Made by a program: the position numbers and the translations under genes
The notes under the pieces: generated by a model
Databases searched by the model: none
Told to the model about the DNA's origin: nothing
Seen by the model: the letters and a program-made list of their open reading frames with translations, nothing else
Shown: piece after piece, positions 30,892 through 40,515 of the stretch
Position numbering within the stretch: the stretch's first letter is position 1
How the letters are laid out: every line of letters starts with the position of its first letter
DNA from: a bacterium
GTDB lineage: Bacteria > UBA8248
Direction: 5' to 3'
DNA: 64,000 nt
Assembly (NCBI GenBank): GCA_965204535.1
Contig: OZ241996.1
Coordinates: 160,001 to 224,000, forward strand

Positions 30892-31333
30892 ATCAGCAAC
30901 TCCTCGGGCGGTTGACTTGCGGACCCGCGCGTCCGGCCGCATCGCTCACGCGGCGGTGCTCCCGTACACCCAAAACGTTCCCGACATTCCCGTTCATATG
31001 CGTCTCTCCTTCGTGTTCGAACCTTTCACCCCGGTCCTCCGGCGTCATGCGGGCGGGGGCGTCCATCGCCCGCATGCAGAGCGTAAATAAAGCAAAAACA
31101 ACTCGTCTGCAAGAGTTTTCGATAGCGTATTGCCAACGCCCGCGCGCCATGCGCGGTCACGCATGCGACCGGCTGCGCGGGGATATGACAAAAAAATTTT
31201 CCGCATCGCGCCTCACCCAGGCCCCGCGCCGGCGAGAGGCGGAGCCGGGCCGGGAGGCGGGTGCGGGAGCCGGGGTCTGAGAGGCCGGGCGGCGCACGCG
31301 ATTCCCTTTCTCACAATCCCGGAGGCGCGACTC

Positions 31334-31675
31334 ATGAGTAACCGAAAACCATCCCGATACACCCGTGCCCTCGTCTTCGCGGGACCCGCCCTGGCGCTCC
31401 TCGCCACAATCCTCTCTCTCGCGGCAGGCAGCGGCCTCCGCCCCCTGTGGGCCGTCTGGGCCTGTGCAGCTCTCTGGAGCCTCCTCACGGCTCTCTCCTG
31501 CGTCCTGTGGCGGGGGTCCCGCCACGGGGACTGGTCCGCCTTCGCTCGCTACGAACTGCCCGACGGGAAAGAAGAGGACTTCGAGTGGTCCGCCCGGACG
31601 GGACGCTACGCCTGGCGCCGTGAGCTGGAGGAGGAGGAACTGTTCGGCCAGGACCCGGACGCACACTTCCCCTAG
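31334..31675 (+). CDS. Hypothetical membrane protein
   Basis: GGAGG RBS before MSNRKP; two TM segments and acidic tail. Confidence 0.6.
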   Translation: MSNRKPSRYTRALVFAGPALALLATILSLAAGSGLRPLWAVWACAALWSLLTALSCVLWRGSRHGDWSAFARYELPDGKEEDFEWSARTGRYAWRRELEEEELFGQDPDAHFP

Positions 31676-31865
31676 AAGGCCCCAGGCCGAACGAAGACCA
31701 CCCTGAACAACCGGACCGCCGTCTTTCCCGCCGACGGTGGCTCTGCGTCACCGGGAGGCCGAGTCCGGCCGGGAGGGGGCGGCGGAGGGGAGCCGGGAGG
31801 GAGTCTTCTCGCGTTCGAGGCTCGCCTTCGCCGCCATCATCCATCCCACAACAAGGAGGCGCGCG

Positions 31866-32165
31866 ATGCGGAAACCCAAACCCGAAGCGAGTACCTTCCT
31901 CACCCATCTCTTCACCCTGGGCCTGGCGGACGAGAGATACGCCGTGGAACGCTACAGATCCGCAGAGGGGGGCGAGATCAGGCCCGTGCCCGCCCGGGAC
32001 AAGGCAGGCCGCAGAAGGAAACGCGTGACCGCCTCGCGCCGTACGGTCCGCGAGATGCGGCCCGCGCGCGACGAACTCATCGTCTGCACCGGGCTCCGGG
32101 TCCCCGGCAGCGGGCTGCAGTTGTGGGGCGAGCACCTCGTGTGGGCCCGGATGCTCACCCGGTGA
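31866..32165 (+). CDS. Hypothetical protein
   Basis: AAGGAGG RBS before MRKPKP. Confidence 0.55.
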   Translation: MRKPKPEASTFLTHLFTLGLADERYAVERYRSAEGGEIRPVPARDKAGRRRKRVTASRRTVREMRPARDELIVCTGLRVPGSGLQLWGEHLVWARMLTR

Positions 32166-32258
32166 GGAAATCCCCCCGGGGAGGACTTCCGCCCGCAAGA
32201 CGTCTCGCCGGCCCGGCGCCGGCCGCACGATTCCATCCACCCCAGGGAGGGAGGCGGG

Positions 32259-33065
32259 ATGCCCTACAAGGACCCGGAGATGAGGCGCAAGTTCGATCGC
32301 GAACGCCACCGCAAACGCACCGCCGACCGACTCGCGCGTGGTCTGTGTCCCCGGTGCGGAAAGATTCCTCCCGCGCCGGGGCGCAGTCTGTGCGAGCCCT
32401 GCCTCGAGAGGGACCGGGAGACCCGACGCGCCCGATACGCCGAAGCCCGAGCGGGGGGAGCCCCATATGGCGGCCGCGACCCCGAGAGCCGCCGGCGCAT
32501 GGCGCGCGAGAGGGCGAGGAAGCGCAGGCGCGAGCGGGTGGAGGCCGGCTTGTGCCCGCGCTGCGGACGCGAGCCCGTCGAGGACGGCGCCGTCTGCGAA
32601 CCCTGCCGGGAGGCGAGGCGGGCTGAAGAGCGAAAGCTCTACGCCGCCAGGAGAGCGAAAGGGCTTTGCGGACGGTGCGGGGAGCCGACGTTCGCAGGCG
32701 CCGCGCTATGCGGTCCGTGCGCCGCGCTCGCGGAGGGACGCGCTCCAAAGAAGAACGCCGCGAGCAGGAAACGCTATCGCGACAGGCGGGCCCGGGGGCT
32801 TTGCGTCGACTGCGGCGCCCATGCGGACGCAGGGGTGAGATGTACTCCCTGCGCGCGGCGTTCGTATCACTCCTCGGCAGAGCACAAGGGGATGCCCATC
32901 CATCCGCCGAGCTACACCGTGGTCGAACTCGCCACGGGCATCGAGCACGGACCCCTCGACTCCTGGGAGGAGGTTGCCATGTGCCTCGCGTTCAGCAAAC
33001 TCTCACGGGATGAGGTCGAGGTGGTTACGGACAGCCCGGTGATGGCAACTCTCACCGGCTACTGA
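32259..33065 (+). CDS. Basic protein with four GLCxxCG-x-CxxC repeats (putative zinc-binding)
   Basis: GLCPRCG..CEPC (twice), GLCGRCG..CGPC, GLCVDCG..CTPC; GGAGG RBS. Confidence 0.7.
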   Translation: MPYKDPEMRRKFDRERHRKRTADRLARGLCPRCGKIPPAPGRSLCEPCLERDRETRRARYAEARAGGAPYGGRDPESRRRMARERARKRRRERVEAGLCPRCGREPVEDGAVCEPCREARRAEERKLYAARRAKGLCGRCGEPTFAGAALCGPCAALAEGRAPKKNAASRKRYRDRRARGLCVDCGAHADAGVRCTPCARRSYHSSAEHKGMPIHPPSYTVVELATGIEHGPLDSWEEVAMCLAFSKLSRDEVEVVTDSPVMATLTGY

Positions 33066-33217
33066 GCGCCGGCTCACGGCCGGGTCTGCACTTGCAGCCG
33101 GCCTGCCGTCCGCCGGGGCACGTGCCGCCGTCCGCCCGCCGGCGGGTTACTTGCAGCCGTCCGGCCGGGGCGGAGGGAAGGACAGCGCCGCCCTGCTGCG
33201 CAGCCGCCGGACCGCCG

Positions 33218-33598
33218 TCACCGGCCCCGGACGCACCACCTCGCGAGCCACCACCAGGCCACCCAGGCCGGCAGGCTGAGAAGGACCGTACAGGCGGCTA
33301 TCGCGAGCGGACCGGAGAGTCCCGCCACCAGCGGCGCCGTCACACCACCCAGCACCGCACCCATCGCCCAGGCGCCGCCGCGCCATCCCAGCCGCCACAT
33401 CCGTCGGCACGCCAGGGCGAGCGGCAGGCCGCACGGCGCAAGCGTTGCCGCCGAGGAGGGCAGCATCGGCGTCCAGCCCTCGGGATCCGCCCAGAAGCGC
33501 ACGGCGGCGGTCACGACTGCCCCGACAGGCAGCCACAAGAGCGCGAGCGGCCAGAAGCCGCGCCGTCTGTGCTGCTCCCCTTCGATGAGCATGTCCCA
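33218..33598 (-). CDS. Hypothetical membrane protein
   Basis: Hydrophobic multi-TM ORF; start uncertain. Confidence 0.45.
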   Translation of the reverse strand, partial: WDMLIEGEQHRRRGFWPLALLWLPVGAVVTAAVRFWADPEGWTPMLPSSAATLAPCGLPLALACRRMWRLGWRGGAWAMGAVLGGVTAPLVAGLSGPLAIAACTVLLSLPAWVAWWWLARWCVRGR

Positions 33599-33776
33599 TC
33601 TGACCCGAATCCCAAGGCGGGCGCAAGTCCGGCATGGCCGGCGGGCGGTCCCCATCGGCTATGAACCTCCCTGGGAGAGGTGAAGCGAAGCTCGGGGCCG
33701 GGCAAAGGCCCGGCAGGCGAGAGGGAGACGGTCTCCAGCTCCCGCCGCCGGCGACAACCCGATAGGAGGCTTGGCC

Positions 33777-33908
33777 ATGTACGAGAACGACTTCGACGTC
33801 GACGTTCCCACCACGGACGAACTGCTCGCAGAACTCGGACTCGACGCGTACACGATCCGCAAGATCCGCGACGAGGCGGGGGGCGAGGAGGAGTTCAGGA
33901 GGGAATAG
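33777..33908 (+). CDS. Small acidic protein (43 aa)
   Basis: AGGAGG RBS; MYENDFDVDVPTTDELLAELGLDAYTIRKIRDEAGGEEEFRRE; below ORF-track cutoff. Confidence 0.55.
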   Translation: MYENDFDVDVPTTDELLAELGLDAYTIRKIRDEAGGEEEFRRE

Positions 33909-33989
33909 GGCAGATCGGGGGATCGGGGAGAGAGGCTCCCCGGCCCCTTCCACTTCATCATCCACACCACACCATGAAGGAGTACTACA

Positions 33990-34424
33990 ATGGCATTCGG
34001 ACTTAACCGCGCGGAACTGATCGGGCGTCTCGGCGCCGACGTCACCATCAACCACCTCGCGAGCGGCGGCCGCGTCGCCAACCTCTCGATCGCCACGGAT
34101 GAGGGCTACGTCGACAAGCAGTCCGGCGAGCGGGTGGACAAGACCGAATGGCACCGGGTCGTCACCTTCCAGCCCGGGCTGGTGGACATGTTCGAGAAGC
34201 ACGCGAAGAAGGGCCGCCTGGTCTACGTCGCGGGCAAGCTCCAGACCCGCCGCTGGAAGAAGGACGATGAGGACTCGGACCGGTTCTCGACCGAGATCCT
34301 CATCGCGCCGGGCGGGCGCGTCCAGTTCCTCGACAAGGTGAACGGGAACGGCAATGGTAACGGCGCGCACCCCGAGACGACGGCGGTGGCGGCTGGCGTA
34401 GCCGGGGACGACATCCCGTTCTAG
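33990..34424 (+). CDS. ssb: Single-stranded DNA-binding protein
   Basis: LNRAELIGRLG, TEWHRVV, KKG..VYV.GKLQTR, C-terminal DDIPF. Confidence 0.95.
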   Translation: MAFGLNRAELIGRLGADVTINHLASGGRVANLSIATDEGYVDKQSGERVDKTEWHRVVTFQPGLVDMFEKHAKKGRLVYVAGKLQTRRWKKDDEDSDRFSTEILIAPGGRVQFLDKVNGNGNGNGAHPETTAVAAGVAGDDIPF

Positions 34425-34433
34425 GCTCACCAG

Positions 34434-34466
34434 GGGTCGGCGCTTCGGCGTCGGCCCCTTTTTTTC
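34434..34466 (+). terminator. Intrinsic terminator after ssb
   Basis: GGGGTCGGCGC-TTCG-GCGTCGGCCCC followed by a T run. Confidence 0.8.
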
Positions 34467-35029
34467 TGCTCCTTATCCAGAGGAAGTCCGCCCTGCCTGC
34501 TCTCTCATCTACCGGGAGCACCCGGTAAATCTCCGGTTCCGTGAACGATAAACCGTGTTCCCGGAAGATCGGCATGCTCCTGCCAATCATCCCATAATTC
34601 CAGATAGTGGCTCGGTCCACCCCCCGCTGCGGGAATTTCGGGCCGGAAAAAACGGCCCGAAATGACCCTTTCCGCAGCATGAGAGACTGTTTCCCGATGA
34701 GCTTCGCCTTCATCGTGAAACACCAAAGGCTCTTGTGTCCCGGTGGCGGTACTACCCTCTCTCTCTTAGCGTCCTCATTTTAGCACGAACGCCGAGCGAA
34801 TAAAGGGTGGCCGCAGGCGGCCATCATTTGCCGGTGCCCCCCAAAAAACGTCGAGCGACGAAAAACAGGAGCGCCGCTCTATGAAGCGTGTTTTTCGGGA
34901 ACCCCCCGGAAAATGACAAGCCCTTGATTCGCCCGCCTACGGGCATCGGTAACACCGTCCGATGCCCTTACGTGCTGAAAATGGGGCGCTAAGAAGCGCA
35001 TCCGTTAACTCTCTACGAAGGAGAAAGGC

Positions 35030-35404
35030 ATGGAAACCACCGTGGTGAACCTGAACGACTACGTTGCGCCTCAATTCGGCGGCGGATTGCTGGTCAGGAT
35101 CGACCGCATGACCAAGTGGGGAAACCCCTTCCGCATCGGCCAGGACGGCGAGCGCGCCGAGGTCATCGAGAAATACCGGCGATGGCTCTGGGAAAGAATC
35201 CGGCGCGAGGAGCAGGACCTCTACGAACTCGCCGACCTGCAAGGCTGCGAGCTCGGCTGCCACTGCCATCCCCTCCCGTGCCACGGCGACGTACTCGCAC
35301 GCGCCGCCGAGTGGGCCGCCAGGTATCTCGACGGGATGCCGAAAGAAGTGGGGCGCAACGAGCGTGGCTACGCTCTTCCCGAATTCAATCATCCCCTCGC
35401 CTGA
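35030..35404 (+). CDS. DUF4326-like protein
   Basis: IDR.TKWGNPF..G.DG.R..VI..Y; LGCHCHPLPCHGDVL. Confidence 0.8.
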   Translation: METTVVNLNDYVAPQFGGGLLVRIDRMTKWGNPFRIGQDGERAEVIEKYRRWLWERIRREEQDLYELADLQGCELGCHCHPLPCHGDVLARAAEWAARYLDGMPKEVGRNERGYALPEFNHPLA

Positions 35405-35425
35405 GGACAACGAAAGGAGTGAACG

Positions 35426-36385
35426 ATGACTGCCACCGCGACACACGACCACAAGGAGAGCATCATGCACGAGGTTGACAACATCGAAGCGCAGAACGAA
35501 TCCTTCACCGCCATGGTCTGCGAGCAGGCCGCCCTCTTCGGCGCGACCCCCGGCCCTGACGAGTTCGACAACCGCCCCGTGTGGGGCGAGGCGGAGTCCA
35601 CCGCCGCCGTCCTCAAGGCATTCCACCTGCTCGCCGAGGCCGCGCCCGACGGCACGCAACTGGCCGACGAGCGGGCGAGTCTCCTCTGGGGCTTCGTCAA
35701 CACCCTCGACGCCCAGACACAGCGGCTCGACCGCGCCGCCGACAAGCTCATCCCCGGCATCCGTGAACTGCAGCGCGAGCAGGACGGCTCCGAGATCAGG
35801 TCGCGCGAACTCGAACTCGCCACCGACCGGGCCGAGAATCTCACCGCCCGCCGCGACGCCTTCGAAGGATTGCGCGACACGGCCGCAGAGGCCTACCGCG
35901 TCGAGACCGGCGAGGTATGGCGGCCCAGGCGAGGGTCGCACGTCTCTCAGACCGGCAAGCTGACCTCTGCGGTGATCGAGGCGCGTGACTTCCAGCGCGC
36001 GAAAAAGGACCGCGAGAACACGGCCCACCTCCCCCAGGGAACCCTCGTCGCCGTCGCGGGAGGCAAGGAAGCCACCGACGCGGGCAAGATCATCGGCCAG
36101 CTCGACAAGCTGAAAGCCAAGTACGCCGACGTCGTCCTCGTCCACGGCGGCGGCCCCGGCGCCGAGAAGGTCGCGGCGGGATGGGCCGAACGTAACGGCG
36201 TCCACCAGATCGTCTGCAAGCCCGACTGGGACGCCCACGGCAGGGCCGCTCCCTTCAGGCGCAACGACGAGCTGCTCTCCCTCCTTCCCAAGGGCGTGAT
36301 CGCGTTCCCGGGTTCGGGCATCACGGACAACCTCGTCGACAAGGCCAGAGCGCTCGGCATCCCCGTCCAGAAAATCGCCGCCTGA
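35426..36385 (+). CDS. DUF2493 / YspA-like SLOG-domain protein of mobile elements
   Basis: VAVAGG, LVHGG.PGAE, HGRAAPFRRND, AFPGSGIT motifs. Confidence 0.78.
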   Translation: MTATATHDHKESIMHEVDNIEAQNESFTAMVCEQAALFGATPGPDEFDNRPVWGEAESTAAVLKAFHLLAEAAPDGTQLADERASLLWGFVNTLDAQTQRLDRAADKLIPGIRELQREQDGSEIRSRELELATDRAENLTARRDAFEGLRDTAAEAYRVETGEVWRPRRGSHVSQTGKLTSAVIEARDFQRAKKDRENTAHLPQGTLVAVAGGKEATDAGKIIGQLDKLKAKYADVVLVHGGGPGAEKVAAGWAERNGVHQIVCKPDWDAHGRAAPFRRNDELLSLLPKGVIAFPGSGITDNLVDKARALGIPVQKIAA

Positions 36386-36876
36386 CGTGAACGATCAACG
36401 GGCCGCGTCGCCATCCCCGCACCACCGGCGGCGCGGCTCGTTGCTTCCCGTGTCGTTCGCCTGCTTGTGATGTAAAGCGCAAGCTGCAGCGCCCCGTGCG
36501 TCCGCCGCTTGTGAATCCAGGCGCAAGCTCCGGCGCCCTCACTCCCTCTTGCCACTCGCTCTGTCCGCTCAATCGCCGCTACGGCTCCCGCTCGCCATTC
36601 TCTCCGGCGAAAGTTCCCCCGACTCGTGTTCCATAAAATCCCTCCACCTGACGCCCTGCGGCGTTTCGGGTTGTACACCGGACGCATCGCTGATGCGGGT
36701 GTCGCGTTGGTGCGACTGCCCGCGATATGCTGTGAAAATTCGCATCCCCGGGTAGCCCTGTCGTGTCGGAAAAAGCAATACCATTCTGGTATCATGCTAT
36801 CTCCTTGAAATCCGTGCACTTAAAAATGGCGCAGGCTCATTGTAATACGATGTAATACGGAGATTCTATGCAAGAT

Positions 36877-36932
36877 ACCAGATTGGTAGCACCCGGAGGT
36901 GCGCTGCGCTATGATGGCTACCATTTTGGTAG
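36877..36932. promoter_or_regulatory. Candidate MOBF oriT/nic region
   Basis: GCACC-CGGA-GGTGC hairpin followed by GCTGCGCT-ATG, resembling the R388 nic layout; flanked by TACCA-N3-TGGTA palindromes; next to RHH gene. Confidence 0.5.
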
Positions 36933-37063
36933 TTCATGAAACGGCGTCACGGGTATCATTTTGGGACCCGATGCGGGTGTGTTTGGTGCAGAAAATGAGA
37001 ATTTTTGCGGTCGTTTTGCGACCGGAAGGGATGAAAATTTTCTCGAAATGAGAGACGAAACGG

Positions 37064-37414
37064 ATGGTTCAGACGATACAGAAGAACATCAGGGTCACGC
37101 CGGAACAGTGGAAACGAATTGAAAGTGAGGCCGAAAAACGCGAAATGTCGCCCAACCGACTGGTGGTAGAGCTCGTGATGGAAGCCCTGGAGCGCCGCGA
37201 ATGGCCCCGTACGGAAGCGGAAATCCATCTCCTGCGATCGGCAATGTACGTTGCGCAGGCCATCATCCGCGAAATGGAAAGGACCGGGCGAGAAGAGGAA
37301 ATCCAGCAAATCAGTCGAACCATCTCCGAAGTCGCACCGGAATTGCCGGGCAAATCGACGAACAAAGGATCAGCTCAGTCTAAGCCCTCAAGCTCCACGG
37401 ACGACAATATGTAA
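37064..37414 (+). CDS. Ribbon-helix-helix protein (TrwA/MobC-like relaxosome accessory)
   Basis: QKNIRVTPEQWKRIESEAEKREMSPNRLVVELVMEAL RHH pattern. Confidence 0.65.
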   Translation: MVQTIQKNIRVTPEQWKRIESEAEKREMSPNRLVVELVMEALERREWPRTEAEIHLLRSAMYVAQAIIREMERTGREEEIQQISRTISEVAPELPGKSTNKGSAQSKPSSSTDDNM

Positions 37415-37453
37415 GATATTGGCTCGAATTACCGCTAGTAAGAAGCAAAAAAT

Positions 37454-38867
37454 GGTTAAGTCCTAAACTTGCTGGAAACTTTGGAGGGGTGCATCCTCGG
37501 CAGAGGCATCACAAAACCGTGCCGGTAAGCGCCGGCACCAAACCGAGGAGGCACCCCATGAAGAAGAGATTACAGGCATCGACGCACACTCGCCAAGCCC
37601 TGTCCGCCCTGATCGAAGGCCGCCTGTCGAGTCCCGATGCGCGGGCCGACCTGGTGAAGCTCGCCACGCGGCTCATCGTGGAAGAAGCGCTGGAGGCGGA
37701 GAGCCGCGACGCTCTGGGCCGGGAATACTACGAGCACGGAGCGAAGCCCGGCCAGGGCTACCGCAACGGCCATCGTGCAGGTCGTCTCAAGACGGCGGAA
37801 GGGTTCGTCGAGTTCGCGGCGCCTCAGATTGCCGGGCGCGAGGAAGCGTTCCGCTCAGCGATTAGAGACAACCTCAAGGGGCGCACCGAGGGGCTCGAGG
37901 AGTTGGCGGTGGAGCTATTGGCGCGCGGTCTCTCGGTACGGGACATCGAGGACGTCTTCAGCGACGAGAGCGGCCGTTTGCTGCTCTCTCGCACGGCGGT
38001 CTCGGAGCTCGGCGAACGGTTGTGGTCAGAATACCAGGAGTTCGCTTTGCGGGATTTGGGCGAGTACGAGGTTGTCTATCTGTTCATCGACGGGATCGCC
38101 GAGCGGATCCGCCCGGGGAGCAAGCGCGAGCCGGTGCTGGCGGCCTGGGGAATCACGGCGAACGGCGCCAAGGTGCTGCTGCACCTGATGGCGGGTTCGA
38201 AAGAAGACGCCGAAACGGTGAGCGCGTTCTTCCAGGACATGCGCACCCGCGGCCTGGGCGACCCGCTGGTGGTGGTGAGCGACGGGGCGCCGGGCATCAT
38301 CAAGGCGATCGAGACGTGCTTCCCGCGATCGGAGCGGCAGCGCTGTCTGGCGCACCGCATGCGGAACCTCGCGGCGAAGGCGCCCGAGGACCTCTGGCCG
38401 GAGTTCAGGGAGCGGGCAGCGGCGGCCTACCAGGCCCCCTCGCGCGCCATCGCCCGGGAGTTAGCCGATGGACTCGCCAGGGACTACGAGTCGAGGCTGC
38501 CGAGCGCCGTGGCTTGCTTCCGCGATGACTTCGAAGCCTGCATTGCGCACCTGCGTGCGCCGGTCAACCATCGCCGGGCCGTGCGCACCACGAACCAGCT
38601 GGAGCGTTTGTTCGTCGAGGAGCGCCGAAGGCTCAAGATCATCCCGAATGCCTTCGGTGAGAAGCCGGTGCTCAAGCTCATGTTCAGCGCCATGATCCGG
38701 GCCGCCGAAAGGTGGCGCGCGCTCAAGATTACCGGCTTCGAGCGACGCCAGATGGAAGCCCTGAGACGGGAACTGGACCAGAACTACGAGGAGGAAAACG
38801 AACTCAATCGCAGGCCCTCAGCCGATATGCGCCAAAAGAAAGTTTCCAGCAATTCTCGGACTTGACC
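37454..38867 (+). mobile_element. IS256-family element
   Basis: Imperfect 27-bp IRs GGTTAAGTCCTAAACTTGCTGGAAACT / AGTTTCCAGCAATTCTCGGACTTGACC; 8-bp TSD CAAAAAAT. Confidence 0.92.
37558..38865 (+). CDS. IS256 (Mutator-like) transposase
   Basis: YRNG, GLSVRDI, FIDG, VSDG, QRCLAHRMRN, TTNQLE motifs. Confidence 0.92.
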   Translation: MKKRLQASTHTRQALSALIEGRLSSPDARADLVKLATRLIVEEALEAESRDALGREYYEHGAKPGQGYRNGHRAGRLKTAEGFVEFAAPQIAGREEAFRSAIRDNLKGRTEGLEELAVELLARGLSVRDIEDVFSDESGRLLLSRTAVSELGERLWSEYQEFALRDLGEYEVVYLFIDGIAERIRPGSKREPVLAAWGITANGAKVLLHLMAGSKEDAETVSAFFQDMRTRGLGDPLVVVSDGAPGIIKAIETCFPRSERQRCLAHRMRNLAAKAPEDLWPEFRERAAAAYQAPSRAIARELADGLARDYESRLPSAVACFRDDFEACIAHLRAPVNHRRAVRTTNQLERLFVEERRRLKIIPNAFGEKPVLKLMFSAMIRAAERWRALKITGFERRQMEALRRELDQNYEEENELNRRPSADMRQKKVSSNSRT

Positions 38868-39084
38868 CAAAAAATTGTTGCTCAATCTTAAATCCTCAAC
38901 TATTGGTGCGCTCCGAGAGCATGTTCACTCACAAACTTCACGTAGTTATTTAAACGGCTTTGTATGAAAAGCAACCAGGCATCGATCAGCTATAGTTTGC
39001 TATTCTTATACATTATCAATATCCCCCAACACGCTCAGGGGACGAAAGTGTCCGTCGATCCCCTGGGGAAACTGGAGGCCGCCC

Positions 39085-39978
39085 ATGATTAAACGAATCG
39101 TCGAAATCGGAAGTCCCGCCCGTCTCTCTCTCAGCCGCAAGCAACTGAAAGTGGAACGGGAGGAATACGCCGCAGAGTCTCTCCCCGTGGAGGATCTGGG
39201 CGTCCTGATTCTGGATCACCCGGCCATCCGCCCCTCTCAAGGGTTGTTGTCCGAGTGCATGAAGAACAACGTCGCCGTCGTGATGTGCGACGAGAAGCAC
39301 CTGCCCGCCTCCGTCCTGCTCCCGCTGGACGGACACACCCTGCACAGCAAGATCGTGAAGGAACAGGCCGCCGCCACTCCCGGCAGGCTGAGCCGCCTCT
39401 GGCGGGCGGTCGTGCGCGAGAAGATTCTCGCCCAGGCCGACGCGCTCGACGCCTTCGACGAATACGGCGAGCCGCTCCGAGCCGTCGCCGGGCGCGCGGC
39501 CCGGAAAAACCCCGCCCAGGCCGAGGCCCGCGCCGCGAGAACGTACTGGCCGAGAATGTTCGGACCGGATTTCCGGCGAAACCGCGCGCTTCCGGGGGTG
39601 AACCGCCTGTTGAACTACGGCTATTCGCTCATCCGCGCGGCCACGGCGCGAGCCATCGTCGCGGCGGGCCTGCACCCCGCTTTCGGCCTGCACCATCACA
39701 ACCAGTACGACGGCTTCTGTCTGGCGGACGACCTGATGGAGCCGCTTCGCCCGCTGGTGGACCGCCGGGTGCGCCGGATGCGTGATGAGCCGGAGTTTTG
39801 GGGAGAGGAACTCGAACTGGAGAAGGAGGAGAAGCGCGAGCTTCTGGGCGTGCTGGCCGAAGAGGTCCGGTTCGGCGGAAAGACCTACCCCCTTCTCACC
39901 GCCCTGCAATACTACGCCGCGGGCGTTCGCCGCGTCCTTTGCGGGGAAGAGAAGGAGACGGAAATCCCCCGGCCATGA
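39085..39978 (+). CDS. cas1: Type II CRISPR-associated Cas1
   Basis: PVEDLG, CDEKHLP, EARAARTYW, NRLLNYGY, GLHH, LADDLMEPLRP. Confidence 0.96.
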   Translation: MIKRIVEIGSPARLSLSRKQLKVEREEYAAESLPVEDLGVLILDHPAIRPSQGLLSECMKNNVAVVMCDEKHLPASVLLPLDGHTLHSKIVKEQAAATPGRLSRLWRAVVREKILAQADALDAFDEYGEPLRAVAGRAARKNPAQAEARAARTYWPRMFGPDFRRNRALPGVNRLLNYGYSLIRAATARAIVAAGLHPAFGLHHHNQYDGFCLADDLMEPLRPLVDRRVRRMRDEPEFWGEELELEKEEKRELLGVLAEEVRFGGKTYPLLTALQYYAAGVRRVLCGEEKETEIPRP

Positions 39979-40304
39979 GCTTCGGGAGGTGGCGCAGCAT
40001 GTGGCTCATGGTGATGTTCGATCTGCCGACGGATACGAAGGCGGCGCGCAAAGCCTACCAGGAGTTTCGCGGCTTTTTGCTCGAAGACGGCTTCACCATG
40101 CTCCAATACTCGGTGTACGCCCGGCATTGCCCGAGTTCCGAGAACGCGGAGGTGCACGAGAAGCGCATCAACGCCGCGCTTCCCCCGGACGGGGAGGTGC
40201 GGCTTTTACTCTTCACGGACAAGCAGTTCTCGCGGATGAAGATTTTTTATGGAAAAACCCGCAAGGCGACGGAAAAGGCTCCCGAGCAGATCACGCTGTT
40301 CTGA
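39975..40304 (+). CDS. cas2: CRISPR-associated Cas2
   Basis: MWLMVMFDLP, DGFTMLQYSVYAR, TDKQF; ATGA coupling to cas1. Confidence 0.95.
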   Translation: MSFGRWRSMWLMVMFDLPTDTKAARKAYQEFRGFLLEDGFTMLQYSVYARHCPSSENAEVHEKRINAALPPDGEVRLLLFTDKQFSRMKIFYGKTRKATEKAPEQITLF

Positions 40305-40350
40305 CCCGTCCCGGGAGCCTTGAGCAGATCGGTTACAGCAGGTTGGAATA

Positions 40351-40467
40351 CAAAAAGCCCCCGTCCTGAAACGGGGGCCTCTGCCGGTAGTGCCCTTGGG
40401 TTACCGAGCCCGCGCGAAGGGGCGATTGCTGTGATAAGCGAATCGGCCACTCCTCGACTTGCTATGA
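40351..40467 (-). ncRNA. tracrRNA
   Basis: Anti-repeat UAGCAAGUCGAGGAGUGGCCG...AUCACAGC (40464-40428); downstream hairpins and GCCCCCGU/ACGGGGGC-U5 terminator; upstream TTGCGT-17-TAGCAT promoter. Confidence 0.88.
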
Positions 40468-40515
40468 AACGTATGCTAACACTTGGCGATTGCAAACGCA
40501 ATGGAGGACCCACTC

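Noticed and set aside
34300-34713. Minus-strand 137-aa ORF
   Set aside because: Runs through the ssb terminator into ssb and has no recognisable motif; possibly a remnant.
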